Of a stretch of DNA of 64,000 nt, positions 21,892-31,249 are shown piece by piece. The stretch's first letter is position 1, and the number at the start of each line of letters is the position of its first letter. The notes below the pieces were generated by a model that was not told the origin of the DNA, did no database searches, and saw only the letters and a program-made list of their open reading frames with translations. This DNA comes from Trypanosoma brucei (taxonomy: Eukaryota), in assembly GCA_000002445.1 (NCBI GenBank), contig CP000066.1, forward strand, positions 1,504,001-1,568,000, written 5' to 3'. The translations under genes were made by a program, and so were the position numbers.

Positions 21892-22226
21892 AAGCGTCTT
21901 GAACTCGTTCAGTAAAACTTTTCGCTTTTTCGGTGTTTTGTTCAGGTGTGATTACCTGATTTTTATCTGGTGAACTTCTTCGTGTTGCCGCCCTTTGTCA
22001 AAGCTGCCTCTTTACAGTTTTTTTTATTTTCACGATTATTCGCTGTTGTCTTGTGATATACTGTGACGATCTAATTAATTATTATTATTACTTTCTTATC
22101 ATGGTGTCATATAATTGTTTACATTATTGTCGTTCCATCTTTCCACTATCGTCAACTCTGCCGTGTTGTGTACTTATGTCCGTGAGTTAGTTATTGGGTA
22201 GGACTAGCGAAGGAGAGGGCATAGCG

Positions 22227-24926
22227 ATGAGTGATTACGGAGATTCTTTTGATAGCAGCGCGTCGAGCAGTACAACAACTCCTTCGTCATCGCTAACTTC
22301 AGCGTCTTCTTCGCAACAGGAGAGTGAGAAGGCAACATCGGATACTAAAGAGTTAACATCCGTTGTATCTCCACTTGCTGCGTTGCCTGTGCCTTTACCA
22401 CTCCCAGTTCCCGTCGCAGCTCCAGTTCCTGCACCAGTGCTAAGTCCTCAACCAGCTTCTGGAGTGTCTTCGGAGGTTACTGCTGCGGATGCGCCAACCT
22501 TAAAACCTACTGATAACTTGCCCACTCCCGATATCGCTGCAGCACCTCGCGAAGCCGTCGACTCGCAGGAGCCACCGATGCGCAGCCCAAGAAATTCGAC
22601 GGCGTCCAAAACGCTCGTTAACACGAGCGATTCTGCGTACGAGGCACCGGGGGGTGATCTCGCTGCGGCAGATACAGTGGCTTATAAGCGTCTTACGTCC
22701 TATGTGGCATTCAACCAGAGTTCTGATGGATCAGTAGCTGCTGAATGCGCAAACACCTCTAGTTTTAGCGGAAAGCGGGAAGCAAGTGCTGATGATGATA
22801 CGAAGGTACCCAAGATGGATGAACCCACGGGTCCGGTAGCTACTCTAGAAGAAAATTCAGAAACAGCAACCGCAGCCGGAGTTGAGGAATCATCTACAGT
22901 CGACGGCAGTAGCGCTTTCAGCACTCTGTCACAGCACTTAAGCAAGACAGTTACGCACGCAAAGTTGTGTGCCGAAATGGCGTCAGTTACGAAGGGTCCC
23001 AGTGACGAAGTACGGACAGGTGGTGATGGTGTCATGCATCCATCTGGAGACGGCGGGGGGCCGATGATCACGGCGAACGTACCTGCAGCTGCAACCACGA
23101 TGCTGAAACCTTTGATGTCACTACCGCCTCTGCCATCAGCAGCGGAGAGTATGACTCTAAAGGCGGATTTTCCACTGCCCTCAACGTCCCCGTCCCCTGA
23201 TGGACTTATCCCTGAGCGTATTGCATTCGCAGCACAGTCGATTCAAAGCATGCCAATACCTCCACCGTTGCCTCCTGCTCCACTTTCAGGCATTAAATCA
23301 GGAATGATGCCGAGCCTGGATAACGCTCCCGCATCAAGCTTCTACCTGCCGCCGCCACCGCTGGCCCAATCGCGGGAGCCACCGGTGAACAATAAAATCG
23401 TAGAGCTTCGAGAAACCTCCGAAGCAGTGGAAAAATTGGTGCGGGCGTTTGCTCTCTTGCGTGGCCATAACCCCACCGGCTCTAGGGGAGCTGCTGCCGA
23501 CATTTCTGAGGTATCCTTCGCGCCCAATGAACTTGCACGGATGTCGAGTCTGCGCCAAGAACATGGCGTGGGTGACTCGGCCACGATAAAGACTTCCCAA
23601 ACGCACCGTCGCCGCCCGTTGCGGAGCGGTATGCCAAAAACGCACGTGGAAGAAAGTGATGAGAACCAGAAGGCGTCACAACAGATAAATGAAGCGGCAG
23701 TGGAAGAGGCTGTCTTGAGTCTTGTAATGGAGATGATGCAGCAAGATCCTCAACAAATGTCCAAAGCAAGTAGTAGTCGCCGCTTTCTTCAACCAGCATG
23801 TGAATTGATTGGAATGGATGATTTTCGCTATTCGCACCATCGGAGCTCAAAACGGCAGCGGGGCCCGCGGCCACAGGCGGCCCCACTCTCAGTATTTGGG
23901 GGTGGAATGCAGGCGTTCGCGCCTGATGATGATGGGGCGGCTGAAAGTTTATACAATAGTGTCATAGAAGCTTTGGGTAAGTATGTATGGTCACATGTGG
24001 AAGAATCATCGCTGCGAGGCGAGAGACCGACCTTTCCCCCTGTAAGCGCCCACTGTGCCATAGCTTTGCAACTAGATCTTTTATCGGTTTGTTTGCAGGT
24101 GATTGAGACCCGACTTACCCACCGTGGTAATGTTGCGGATGGACCCGTATGGATCCAGTATGACGGCCCCCGTGAATCCGAACCTCTTGCTCGAAACGCC
24201 GCTCACTGCCTTCCGTTTGAATCTATTGACGTAAAGACAAGTCGACGACCCGTCTTCCGTTTAGAGTATTGGGTGACCCGTGAGAACATGTGGGCAGTTG
24301 CAGAGGCACTCGTCTCTTCTGTTCGTGGTGGGATCCTTGATGGCGGTGACGGTTACGGCGTATTCAATGCAAAGAGTACTACATACGTGGACCCCGATAC
24401 ATTATTCCCTACTCGTGTACCATATTTTTCATTACTTCCAGGGGACTCGTCTCGCCCACCGCGTGAGGAATGCTCACCGTCGCCTGGGAAGAAGTTTTTT
24501 ACAAACACAAGAAGAAGCGACAAGGATAGCGAGGATGAGGCAACAGATAAGCCATGTGCAGAGCATTTCCACCTTGAACCACCTGCACTTCAAGCTATTG
24601 CCCATGCAGTTTCTACTGTTGGAACTGAGATTCTCGAAGAAAACATCAACGCTGCGCGAGGTGACTACAAACAAAATTACGGCGATGCAACATGCGCTGT
24701 GGTGGAAGCTGTGCGTGAGCTACTGGAGGACGCAAACATTCGTGCTGCGGTACGGCGCCGTGCCAAGGCGAAGATGAAAGATATCGCTCAGCGCCGTGAG
24801 GTGGAGGGGCAGCTGAGTCGTGAGGAAAAGGAACGTTCTATTATTGCCGCGGCTGAGGCGGAAGCCGAGCAGGTGGTACAGAGGATCTTGCAAGAACTGC
24901 GTGTTGAAGAGGCAAGGAATGTGTAA
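22227..24926 (+). CDS. Hypothetical protein, Ser/Ala/Pro-rich low-complexity N-terminal half, charged coiled-coil C-terminus
   Basis: ORF-track start is TTG at 22194; first ATG at 22227. Continuous 899-codon ORF on the coding strand. No domain recognised. Confidence 0.5.
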   Translation: MSDYGDSFDSSASSSTTTPSSSLTSASSSQQESEKATSDTKELTSVVSPLAALPVPLPLPVPVAAPVPAPVLSPQPASGVSSEVTAADAPTLKPTDNLPTPDIAAAPREAVDSQEPPMRSPRNSTASKTLVNTSDSAYEAPGGDLAAADTVAYKRLTSYVAFNQSSDGSVAAECANTSSFSGKREASADDDTKVPKMDEPTGPVATLEENSETATAAGVEESSTVDGSSAFSTLSQHLSKTVTHAKLCAEMASVTKGPSDEVRTGGDGVMHPSGDGGGPMITANVPAAATTMLKPLMSLPPLPSAAESMTLKADFPLPSTSPSPDGLIPERIAFAAQSIQSMPIPPPLPPAPLSGIKSGMMPSLDNAPASSFYLPPPPLAQSREPPVNNKIVELRETSEAVEKLVRAFALLRGHNPTGSRGAAADISEVSFAPNELARMSSLRQEHGVGDSATIKTSQTHRRRPLRSGMPKTHVEESDENQKASQQINEAAVEEAVLSLVMEMMQQDPQQMSKASSSRRFLQPACELIGMDDFRYSHHRSSKRQRGPRPQAAPLSVFGGGMQAFAPDDDGAAESLYNSVIEALGKYVWSHVEESSLRGERPTFPPVSAHCAIALQLDLLSVCLQVIETRLTHRGNVADGPVWIQYDGPRESEPLARNAAHCLPFESIDVKTSRRPVFRLEYWVTRENMWAVAEALVSSVRGGILDGGDGYGVFNAKSTTYVDPDTLFPTRVPYFSLLPGDSSRPPREECSPSPGKKFFTNTRRSDKDSEDEATDKPCAEHFHLEPPALQAIAHAVSTVGTEILEENINAARGDYKQNYGDATCAVVEAVRELLEDANIRAAVRRRAKAKMKDIAQRREVEGQLSREEKERSIIAAAEAEAEQVVQRILQELRVEEARNV

Positions 24927-25701
24927 CATAAGAAAAAACACGGTGTTCTCGACTCTTCTTGACGATGCTCCGTTACTAGCGCACATTAATAACACTTTCT
25001 TGCATATATATACATATTTGTGTGCGCAACTCAATCCATGTGCTGACCCCAGCATTTTTGCGAAGGTGCCAGTTGATTCTTAATATCATCTATCGGTATG
25101 TATACGCGTGCGTGTTTGTGTGGAACCGTCTTCTTGTTCATATTGGCTGTTGTTATTTGTATTTTTGGACGTGGGAGGGAAGAAATGGTGTTGACTTACA
25201 TTATTGGTTTTTTTGTATGGTAAATATTCGCACCGGTGAGGTGGTTATCTACGTGATGTGTTTTTGTAGGTGCTTTCCCCCTTTCACTGAACAGTTCATT
25301 ATCCAAAAAAAAAACTCTTATACCCGCGCTACTGCCTCCGAACAACAGAAGTTTTGGCGATTGACATTCTCCCACTTGTACACAGGTACACGCGCGCACG
25401 TATATTTGTATTAACACGTACAAAGAGTATTTTCCTCCCGAAAAGTACAGTGGATTAAACCTGCCGCTTGCTTGAAGTGAAGTTAAAGTGCTGGAGAGGG
25501 TAAGGAGGTATTCACTTTGGATTTACGGGAAACTCAAAGCGCCCAGCACACTGGAACTCCCAGAACTGTAATTATCAAACGAAAAGATCGTCGAAGTAAT
25601 TTGATACAAACAGGAAGTGGCATTACATCAGACGAGCGGCCAGTACCTGCGTGCAACTCAGTCAAGTGGAAAATTCTTTGTGTGAAGGTAAAGGAAGGGA
25701 T

Positions 25702-25717
25702 CAAAAAAAAAAAAAAA
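25702..25717. repeat. A16 homopolymer
   Basis: gggatcaaaaaaaaaaaaaaaagagg in the intergenic region upstream of the RS/RanBP2 RNA-binding protein gene. Confidence 0.9.
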
Positions 25718-25807
25718 AGAGGAATACTGTGTAAAGGTCCGTGTGCTCTTGTGGGTTGTTTGGTCGTGGTAGCAGTTGACGTTTCGAGCACACGGTGTTA
25801 AATCTCC

Positions 25808-27373
25808 ATGGAGGGCCGCAAGGGAAAAACCTCGCAGTTACGAGGAGGACCTAAGCATGGCCATCCAAGTGGGAGCAGATCCAACCTTCGCTCGCGTCAA
25901 AGGGATGGAAACCGACACTGGTCTCCTTCACACCGCGACTCACGTGACTACAAGAAGCGGTTTCGCAGTCCGTCTCCAAACAGTGGAAGTGTGAGCCGTA
26001 GTAGCAGCCGGGGAAGCGCTTCCTACAGCGGTAGTAGTGTCAGCGACAGTTACAGCAGTGACAGTAGCGCACGCTTTGATTTCAGGCGCCGGCGCTGGTC
26101 ACCGAGCCACCGCAGTGGTGGAACTGCGGGAGCGTTGTCATATTCCAAAGGGTATGATGTAGGGGATAGTGATGCAGTGTTAGATCACCCTACTACAGAT
26201 TGGGTTTGTGGTGTGTGTAGCAACCCCAATTCTGTGAACCGTGAGGACTGTTACAGGTGCGGAGCCACTTTCTCCGCTAGTGTAAATGCAGTCCCCAGTG
26301 AAGAAGTTAAGGTTTCCAATATTCCAAACGGGGTGACTTTTGCGGATATTGGACAGAGACTTGGTGAATACTTTTCGCAGTACGGTGACACGTGCCGTAT
26401 TATTGCCCACGATATGGATAATGTTGATACTGACGAAAGTGGTGGAAGTGCTTACTTATTATTTGAAGGTGTGGTTGAGGCTACGAAGGCGTTGACGTAC
26501 GCCCGCTCAGCGTTGCTTTTGGGTGACATTCGGTGCCCCATGGAGTTTTCGCTGCAGGGACGCGCAAAAAAGAAATTGAATGACGTATGGGAAAGAAATG
26601 GTGAAGGTAGTGATGATCGGCGTGGTGGTGTCAGTCTATTACCTGCTCCACCACCTGCTGTTGAGGGTCTCCCAGATGATTTGCAACCCGCCGTATGGAA
26701 ACCTGTGGAAAACTTCCCTTCCGTAGAGGCAGAAATGAATTATTTGGATATGCTTTCGCATCACTGGTCAAAGCTATCTCAAGCGCAAAAAGACTACTAT
26801 GATGAAGGTGTGCGTAGGGCTCTTGCTGCTCAACGTCGAAAGCAACCTTCGCAGCAAGTGACCGAAACCTCCGCTACATCTAGGGGAGAAACTAATACTG
26901 TTAATGCGCCTACCTCGAGTGGTAACCCATCACCACAAGGCAACGGATCGTCACTTGAGAGTATCAAGAAGCGCTTAGAAGAGAAGAAAAAGTCAATGCA
27001 AAACGTAACGGAGGTTCCAAAAGTTGCCGCGTCACTGAAAGAGCGATTGGCGATGAAAAAAGCCCAACTATCATCAGCAGCCAAGCCAGGAAATGCAACA
27101 GAGTCTGATGCCGTTGGTTCAACTACGGCGGTGTCCTCAACTTTCTCACCACCGTCTACAGCATCAGTCCTCCCACCATCACAAAAGGAATCCGCAGCGT
27201 CACAACAACACTTATTCTTTGGGATCCCGATACCCCCCAGATTCCCTGCCAAAACGGATTATTTATTGAATTCCAAGTCGCTCCCCGCTCGCGCCGGTGT
27301 GATATTCCGTTACGTACCCCCGGCGGTGGCGGAGCGTATTTTGCAGCCCCCACTGCTACCGCATTCCTCCTGA
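25808..27373 (+). CDS. RNA-binding protein with N-terminal RS/SR-rich domain, RanBP2-type zinc finger and RRM-like domain
   Basis: ATG at 25808. N-terminus is RSRQRD/RSPSPNSGSVSRSSSRGS (RS domain). WVCGVCSNPNSVNREDCYRCGA fits a RanBP2 zinc finger (W-x-C-x2-C-x3-N-x6-C-x2-C). VKVSNIPNGVTFADIGQRLGEYFSQYGD is RRM-like. Confidence 0.6.
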   Translation: MEGRKGKTSQLRGGPKHGHPSGSRSNLRSRQRDGNRHWSPSHRDSRDYKKRFRSPSPNSGSVSRSSSRGSASYSGSSVSDSYSSDSSARFDFRRRRWSPSHRSGGTAGALSYSKGYDVGDSDAVLDHPTTDWVCGVCSNPNSVNREDCYRCGATFSASVNAVPSEEVKVSNIPNGVTFADIGQRLGEYFSQYGDTCRIIAHDMDNVDTDESGGSAYLLFEGVVEATKALTYARSALLLGDIRCPMEFSLQGRAKKKLNDVWERNGEGSDDRRGGVSLLPAPPPAVEGLPDDLQPAVWKPVENFPSVEAEMNYLDMLSHHWSKLSQAQKDYYDEGVRRALAAQRRKQPSQQVTETSATSRGETNTVNAPTSSGNPSPQGNGSSLESIKKRLEEKKKSMQNVTEVPKVAASLKERLAMKKAQLSSAAKPGNATESDAVGSTTAVSSTFSPPSTASVLPPSQKESAASQQHLFFGIPIPPRFPAKTDYLLNSKSLPARAGVIFRYVPPAVAERILQPPLLPHSS

Positions 27374-27820
27374 TGGCTCATACTTGGTGTCCCTTCCACT
27401 TATTATTATTACTATTATTTTCTCTTCTCCTTCTGGTTTGACGTTACTTCACGGAACACACAAACGCAAACATGCGCAGACATTTTTACCCGTGTGCCAA
27501 TACGGATGGATAACACGTGTTGCAGTAACTGCGTTATCTTCCTTCCCGTGGCTGCGATTTGTCCCATTTTGCCTTCGGTTCGTTGTTTGACCCGTAGTTT
27601 CTCCCATCACTCGTGCCTAAAGTTCACCTTATTCTTTTTTGCTATTTTAACACAGCGTACATAGACCAGAAGGGGGAGCTATTGTTATTATTGTCATTTT
27701 TTTTTTCGTGAAAAAGAAAAGAGAGGAGGATAATAACTTAATAGGGAGTAATTGGAGAAAAGGGAGGGTAGGTGGACGTGGTACCGTAAAGCATTTTTGA
27801 AAGAATTGTAAGACTTCAGG

Positions 27821-28348
27821 ATGACTGGGCGGAAGCGTGTTATGTGGGATGAAAAGAACCTCGAAGACAACGAGGAATATCGACGTACTCATCCCGTCAC
27901 GATGCACATAACAGAACCAAAAACACCGTTTCAGTATCCCGAGGACGAGGAAGATTTTGAAGAAGCATTAGAGAGAAATGATGACGGCGGTGGTGATGAG
28001 GTTGAAAACGGTGGTACGTGGGACCCAAAAGTAAATGAACTCGCACGACAAGTTCGAGAGGAGTTTCGCAAGGAGGCGCCTGTGGTGGTGGCGCCAGTGG
28101 CTCCAAGCGGGCGACCGATGTTGTCAGATGAAGTTGTGAGCGGTGAGGCGTTGGAAAAACAGCGGGCAGCTGAGTTCAAAACTATGCGCAAAGCTGTTTA
28201 TGCGGACGAGGGGGCGCGAGTAAAGGCACTGTTAGGCAAAGGCAACACCTTTGATGATGATGGTGATGATGGTGATGATAATAACGAGGAGGAGGAGGGA
28301 GAGGAAGGGAAGAAGGCGGAGGATAGCAATGGCATAGGTGAAAAGTAA
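27821..28348 (+). CDS. Protein phosphatase 1 inhibitor-2 (IPP-2) family protein
   Basis: ATG at 27821. RVMWDEKNLEDNEEYRRTHPVTMHITEPKTPFQY matches the I-2 signature (KxxKWDExNIL...HP...KIdEPkTPY). Acidic C-terminal tail. Confidence 0.7.
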   Translation: MTGRKRVMWDEKNLEDNEEYRRTHPVTMHITEPKTPFQYPEDEEDFEEALERNDDGGGDEVENGGTWDPKVNELARQVREEFRKEAPVVVAPVAPSGRPMLSDEVVSGEALEKQRAAEFKTMRKAVYADEGARVKALLGKGNTFDDDGDDGDDNNEEEEGEEGKKAEDSNGIGEK

Positions 28349-28466
28349 CTTGGACATATGAGAGGTCAGATCGGTATTTAACTTACCACCTTCCCCTGTA
28401 TATTTTCCCCTTGTGAACAAAGGTGTTCCCTCTGACTCATGTTTTCCTTCCGGATGAGATGTGCAT

Positions 28467-28494
28467 GTATATATATATATATATATATATATAT
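28467..28494. repeat. (TA)14 microsatellite
   Basis: Direct reading, in the 3' flank of the IPP-2 gene. Confidence 0.9.
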
Positions 28495-28654
28495 GGTAAT
28501 CATGCACAAGACGGTCGTGATGGTTTTTTTGTCAACGGAGTAATTAACAATCTTTTCTTAGGCGGCGCTTCTAATTCTGTTTTGCTTACTCGTTTATTTA
28601 CCTCTATGTGCCGAGTTGTGCAGCTAGTATAAACCTTTCACTGTGTGAGTACTT

Positions 28655-28696
28655 CTATCTATCTATATGTATATATATACATATATAGATAGATAG
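28655..28696. repeat. 42-nt imperfect palindrome (inverted repeat, arms ctatctatctatat / atatagatagatag around a (TA)-rich centre)
   Basis: ctatctatctatatgtatatatatacatatatagatagatag. The reverse complement differs by a one-base offset in the centre, so it is hairpin/cruciform-capable. Confidence 0.85.
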
Positions 28697-29108
28697 CGAT
28701 TTGTATGGGCATGCATGCCGATTGGAATATGCGTAACTGTTTCTCTGAAGATGCCCCGTTACGGGGATGAGAAAGTGTGTATAGGGACGCGCAATGCCGC
28801 CAATTGACTTCATTTGTTTTTTCGTTCATTTTTATCTTTTCCCACCTGTTTTTCCTCCGCTCTTAATGTGTTCTACTTGAAGAAGAGAACGTTTGAGCGA
28901 AGAAGTGCCACATCGGGCTATCACCCTTGTTCATCATTTAGCTGTTGAAACAAAAAAAAGGGGGCATTTCCCTCTCTGGTCGGTATTTCCGCTGTTGCAT
29001 GTGATGTATTTCATTATTTGTCTCCTTTTTTTTTCCCCTCATATGTCTCTCCTCTGGTGTAATGAGGGGTTTGCTAGTGGTGAAGGGAAAAGTTGATTTC
29101 CGTATCCG

Positions 29109-30572
29109 ATGTTTAGTGCTAAGAGAAAGGATGTGGCCGAGGCACTCATAGGTTTTTTACACGCCATCTTCACTAGCTTTTACGTGGATGTTTTTATTGG
29201 GCAATACGTTTTGGTAGGCGACCGTGATGAAAACATGGGGCCTACGCACGACAATGGTAATCACATCGATAGAACTATTAGTAGTAGACGCAGCGACGGG
29301 GGTGCGATATGGTACCTTGCGCTGACGCAGTTACTGTACTTTTTTTTGCTTCTGAAAAATAGTGTTATCTTCAGGCAACATGCCAGCACGGCTACATTTT
29401 CGTCGTTTCCCCTGCGACGGTTGTCTTCGTTGCCAGTGTGCGGAACTTTATTGTCCTTTTGTTTTGCATTAATGTGGTTCCCTCTCGATCTGCCGTTTCT
29501 CAACGCAGCTACATCGTTTACGCTGTTAACGGCTGCTTATCAGGCACTATTTGCTCGTTGCAGGAAATTTGTGGATGCCCTTTCGAGAAGTTCGCTAAGG
29601 CGTCCGGAGGGTAATATCGCCTGTACGCTTTTTGCGGCAGTAGGCGTGGCCGTGGCGTGTTGGCTCCACGGCATTCCCAACAATCCACAACCAATGCGGT
29701 GCTTCACAACCTTTTGTGCGGTTAGCGGGGCCGTCGGTTTTTTTGCTTGTGGTCGCCAGAAATCGCATTCGAACTCGTGTTTTGGAACTGACATTACGGA
29801 AGGTGATGACGGGGACGTGCTGCAGGAAGCGGTGTGGTTTGTACAACAGACCATGCTCCGCAGCAGCATGAAGGTTGCTTTGCTGTTGTGGATGTTTCAG
29901 GGATACAATGGCTTGATTGCTACGAGTTTCATTAGCGTGTTTCTTACTGCTTGCCACGATACAATTCCGCTTCCTCTTCGAGGGTTGTTGCTGTTTATCG
30001 TTTTCGTATTGCCGCAGGGGACAGACACGGTTTTGGCGTCATTCAAAAGGGTGGTTGGAAAGAAGCGCCTTGTCGCCCTTCTTCTTGCATTGCTAGCGTT
30101 CATTGGCTTTTTGTTTATCCTCGTGGCATTGCGGGATCACTTGTTTATTTTACACATGAGCCCAACAGCATCCACGTTGTCTTTTGCGGTCCTGCTTGTT
30201 ATGCATCGGCTGATGATTGATACATTGAGTCGTGTCCAAAGTTGGGTCCTCCGCGATGTGGTGGAGGAAGACACAGTTATTTTCTGTCGCCCCAAGCCAA
30301 TGACGGCAAATGTGCAATTGCTACTTGATAGTGCTTCTCAACTTGTGCAGTGCGTGGCACTGGTTCTAACTTCCCTCCATTTAGTGAGCGTTTCAAGCGG
30401 GAAAAGCGTAAAACCATTCAAAGCCGCGTGGGTCGTGGGTTGCCCGACTTTAGTAATGTCAGTAGTGATGTTGTTGATTTGGGTGCGATGGTACAACTTG
30501 GAAGGTTCACATTTGCAGTTTGTGAAGATGGCAATGCGGAAGCGTGCGGACGGGTCCGATCCAGTTGTTTAA
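29109..30572 (+). CDS. Hypothetical polytopic membrane protein (about 10-12 TM segments)
   Basis: ATG at 29109. Hydrophobic segments recur throughout 487 aa. No family recognised. Confidence 0.5.
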   Translation: MFSAKRKDVAEALIGFLHAIFTSFYVDVFIGQYVLVGDRDENMGPTHDNGNHIDRTISSRRSDGGAIWYLALTQLLYFFLLLKNSVIFRQHASTATFSSFPLRRLSSLPVCGTLLSFCFALMWFPLDLPFLNAATSFTLLTAAYQALFARCRKFVDALSRSSLRRPEGNIACTLFAAVGVAVACWLHGIPNNPQPMRCFTTFCAVSGAVGFFACGRQKSHSNSCFGTDITEGDDGDVLQEAVWFVQQTMLRSSMKVALLLWMFQGYNGLIATSFISVFLTACHDTIPLPLRGLLLFIVFVLPQGTDTVLASFKRVVGKKRLVALLLALLAFIGFLFILVALRDHLFILHMSPTASTLSFAVLLVMHRLMIDTLSRVQSWVLRDVVEEDTVIFCRPKPMTANVQLLLDSASQLVQCVALVLTSLHLVSVSSGKSVKPFKAAWVVGCPTLVMSVVMLLIWVRWYNLEGSHLQFVKMAMRKRADGSDPVV

Positions 30573-31249
30573 TGCTAGTTTAGAATTCAAATTTGTTTGC
30601 TAGTTTGTTTTCTCGTCTCGATCTTTTTGACCAGACGACTTCTTCCTTGTGTAGTTTCTATTCGTCATTTTATATTCGCACAGGGAGTCGAGCAACAACT
30701 CTGTCAGATACACATTTTGTTCTTCGCACATTTATGGAAGCAATTGCTTCCGTGTGTTTAGTGCATAGAAAACACTTGCTGTGAAGTATTTTCATGCTCT
30801 TGTCACTGTAATCTTCCTTTCTTTCTTTTTTTTTTTACAACATAACGTCGACTTAATAAGACATTTTTATGTCATTTCTCTCTCTCTCTCTACGCAACCT
30901 CTCAACTTATTCTGTTGTTGTTAATGTGTTGTTTAATTCGGTGTATTACCAACCACCCATTCTTACTTGCTACCACCCGTTAGAATTTACATTTTCCCTT
31001 CACCGTTTCTTCCCTTTGAATAAGTACTTCAATCACTTCGCTAGCGGCACGGTTTCAAGTGTCAAAAGGAAGGCAAAGCAAAGATAACGGTGAGTATTAT
31101 TGCTTATATTATACATATATATAAACATAATTATCAATACATATTTGTGAAGACAACGAAGGAATAGGGAGGAAAAAGAAAAAGAAGAAAGAAAAAAAAA
31201 AGAGAGAAGGAACAGAATAAGCAATTCTGATTTTGCTCCGAGGAATAAT

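Noticed and set aside
23334-24061. Multiple 77-134 aa minus-strand ORFs inside the hypothetical gene at 22227-24926
   Set aside because: Antisense open frames, typical of GC-rich, codon-biased coding sequence. None has a recognisable fold, and each overlaps the others.
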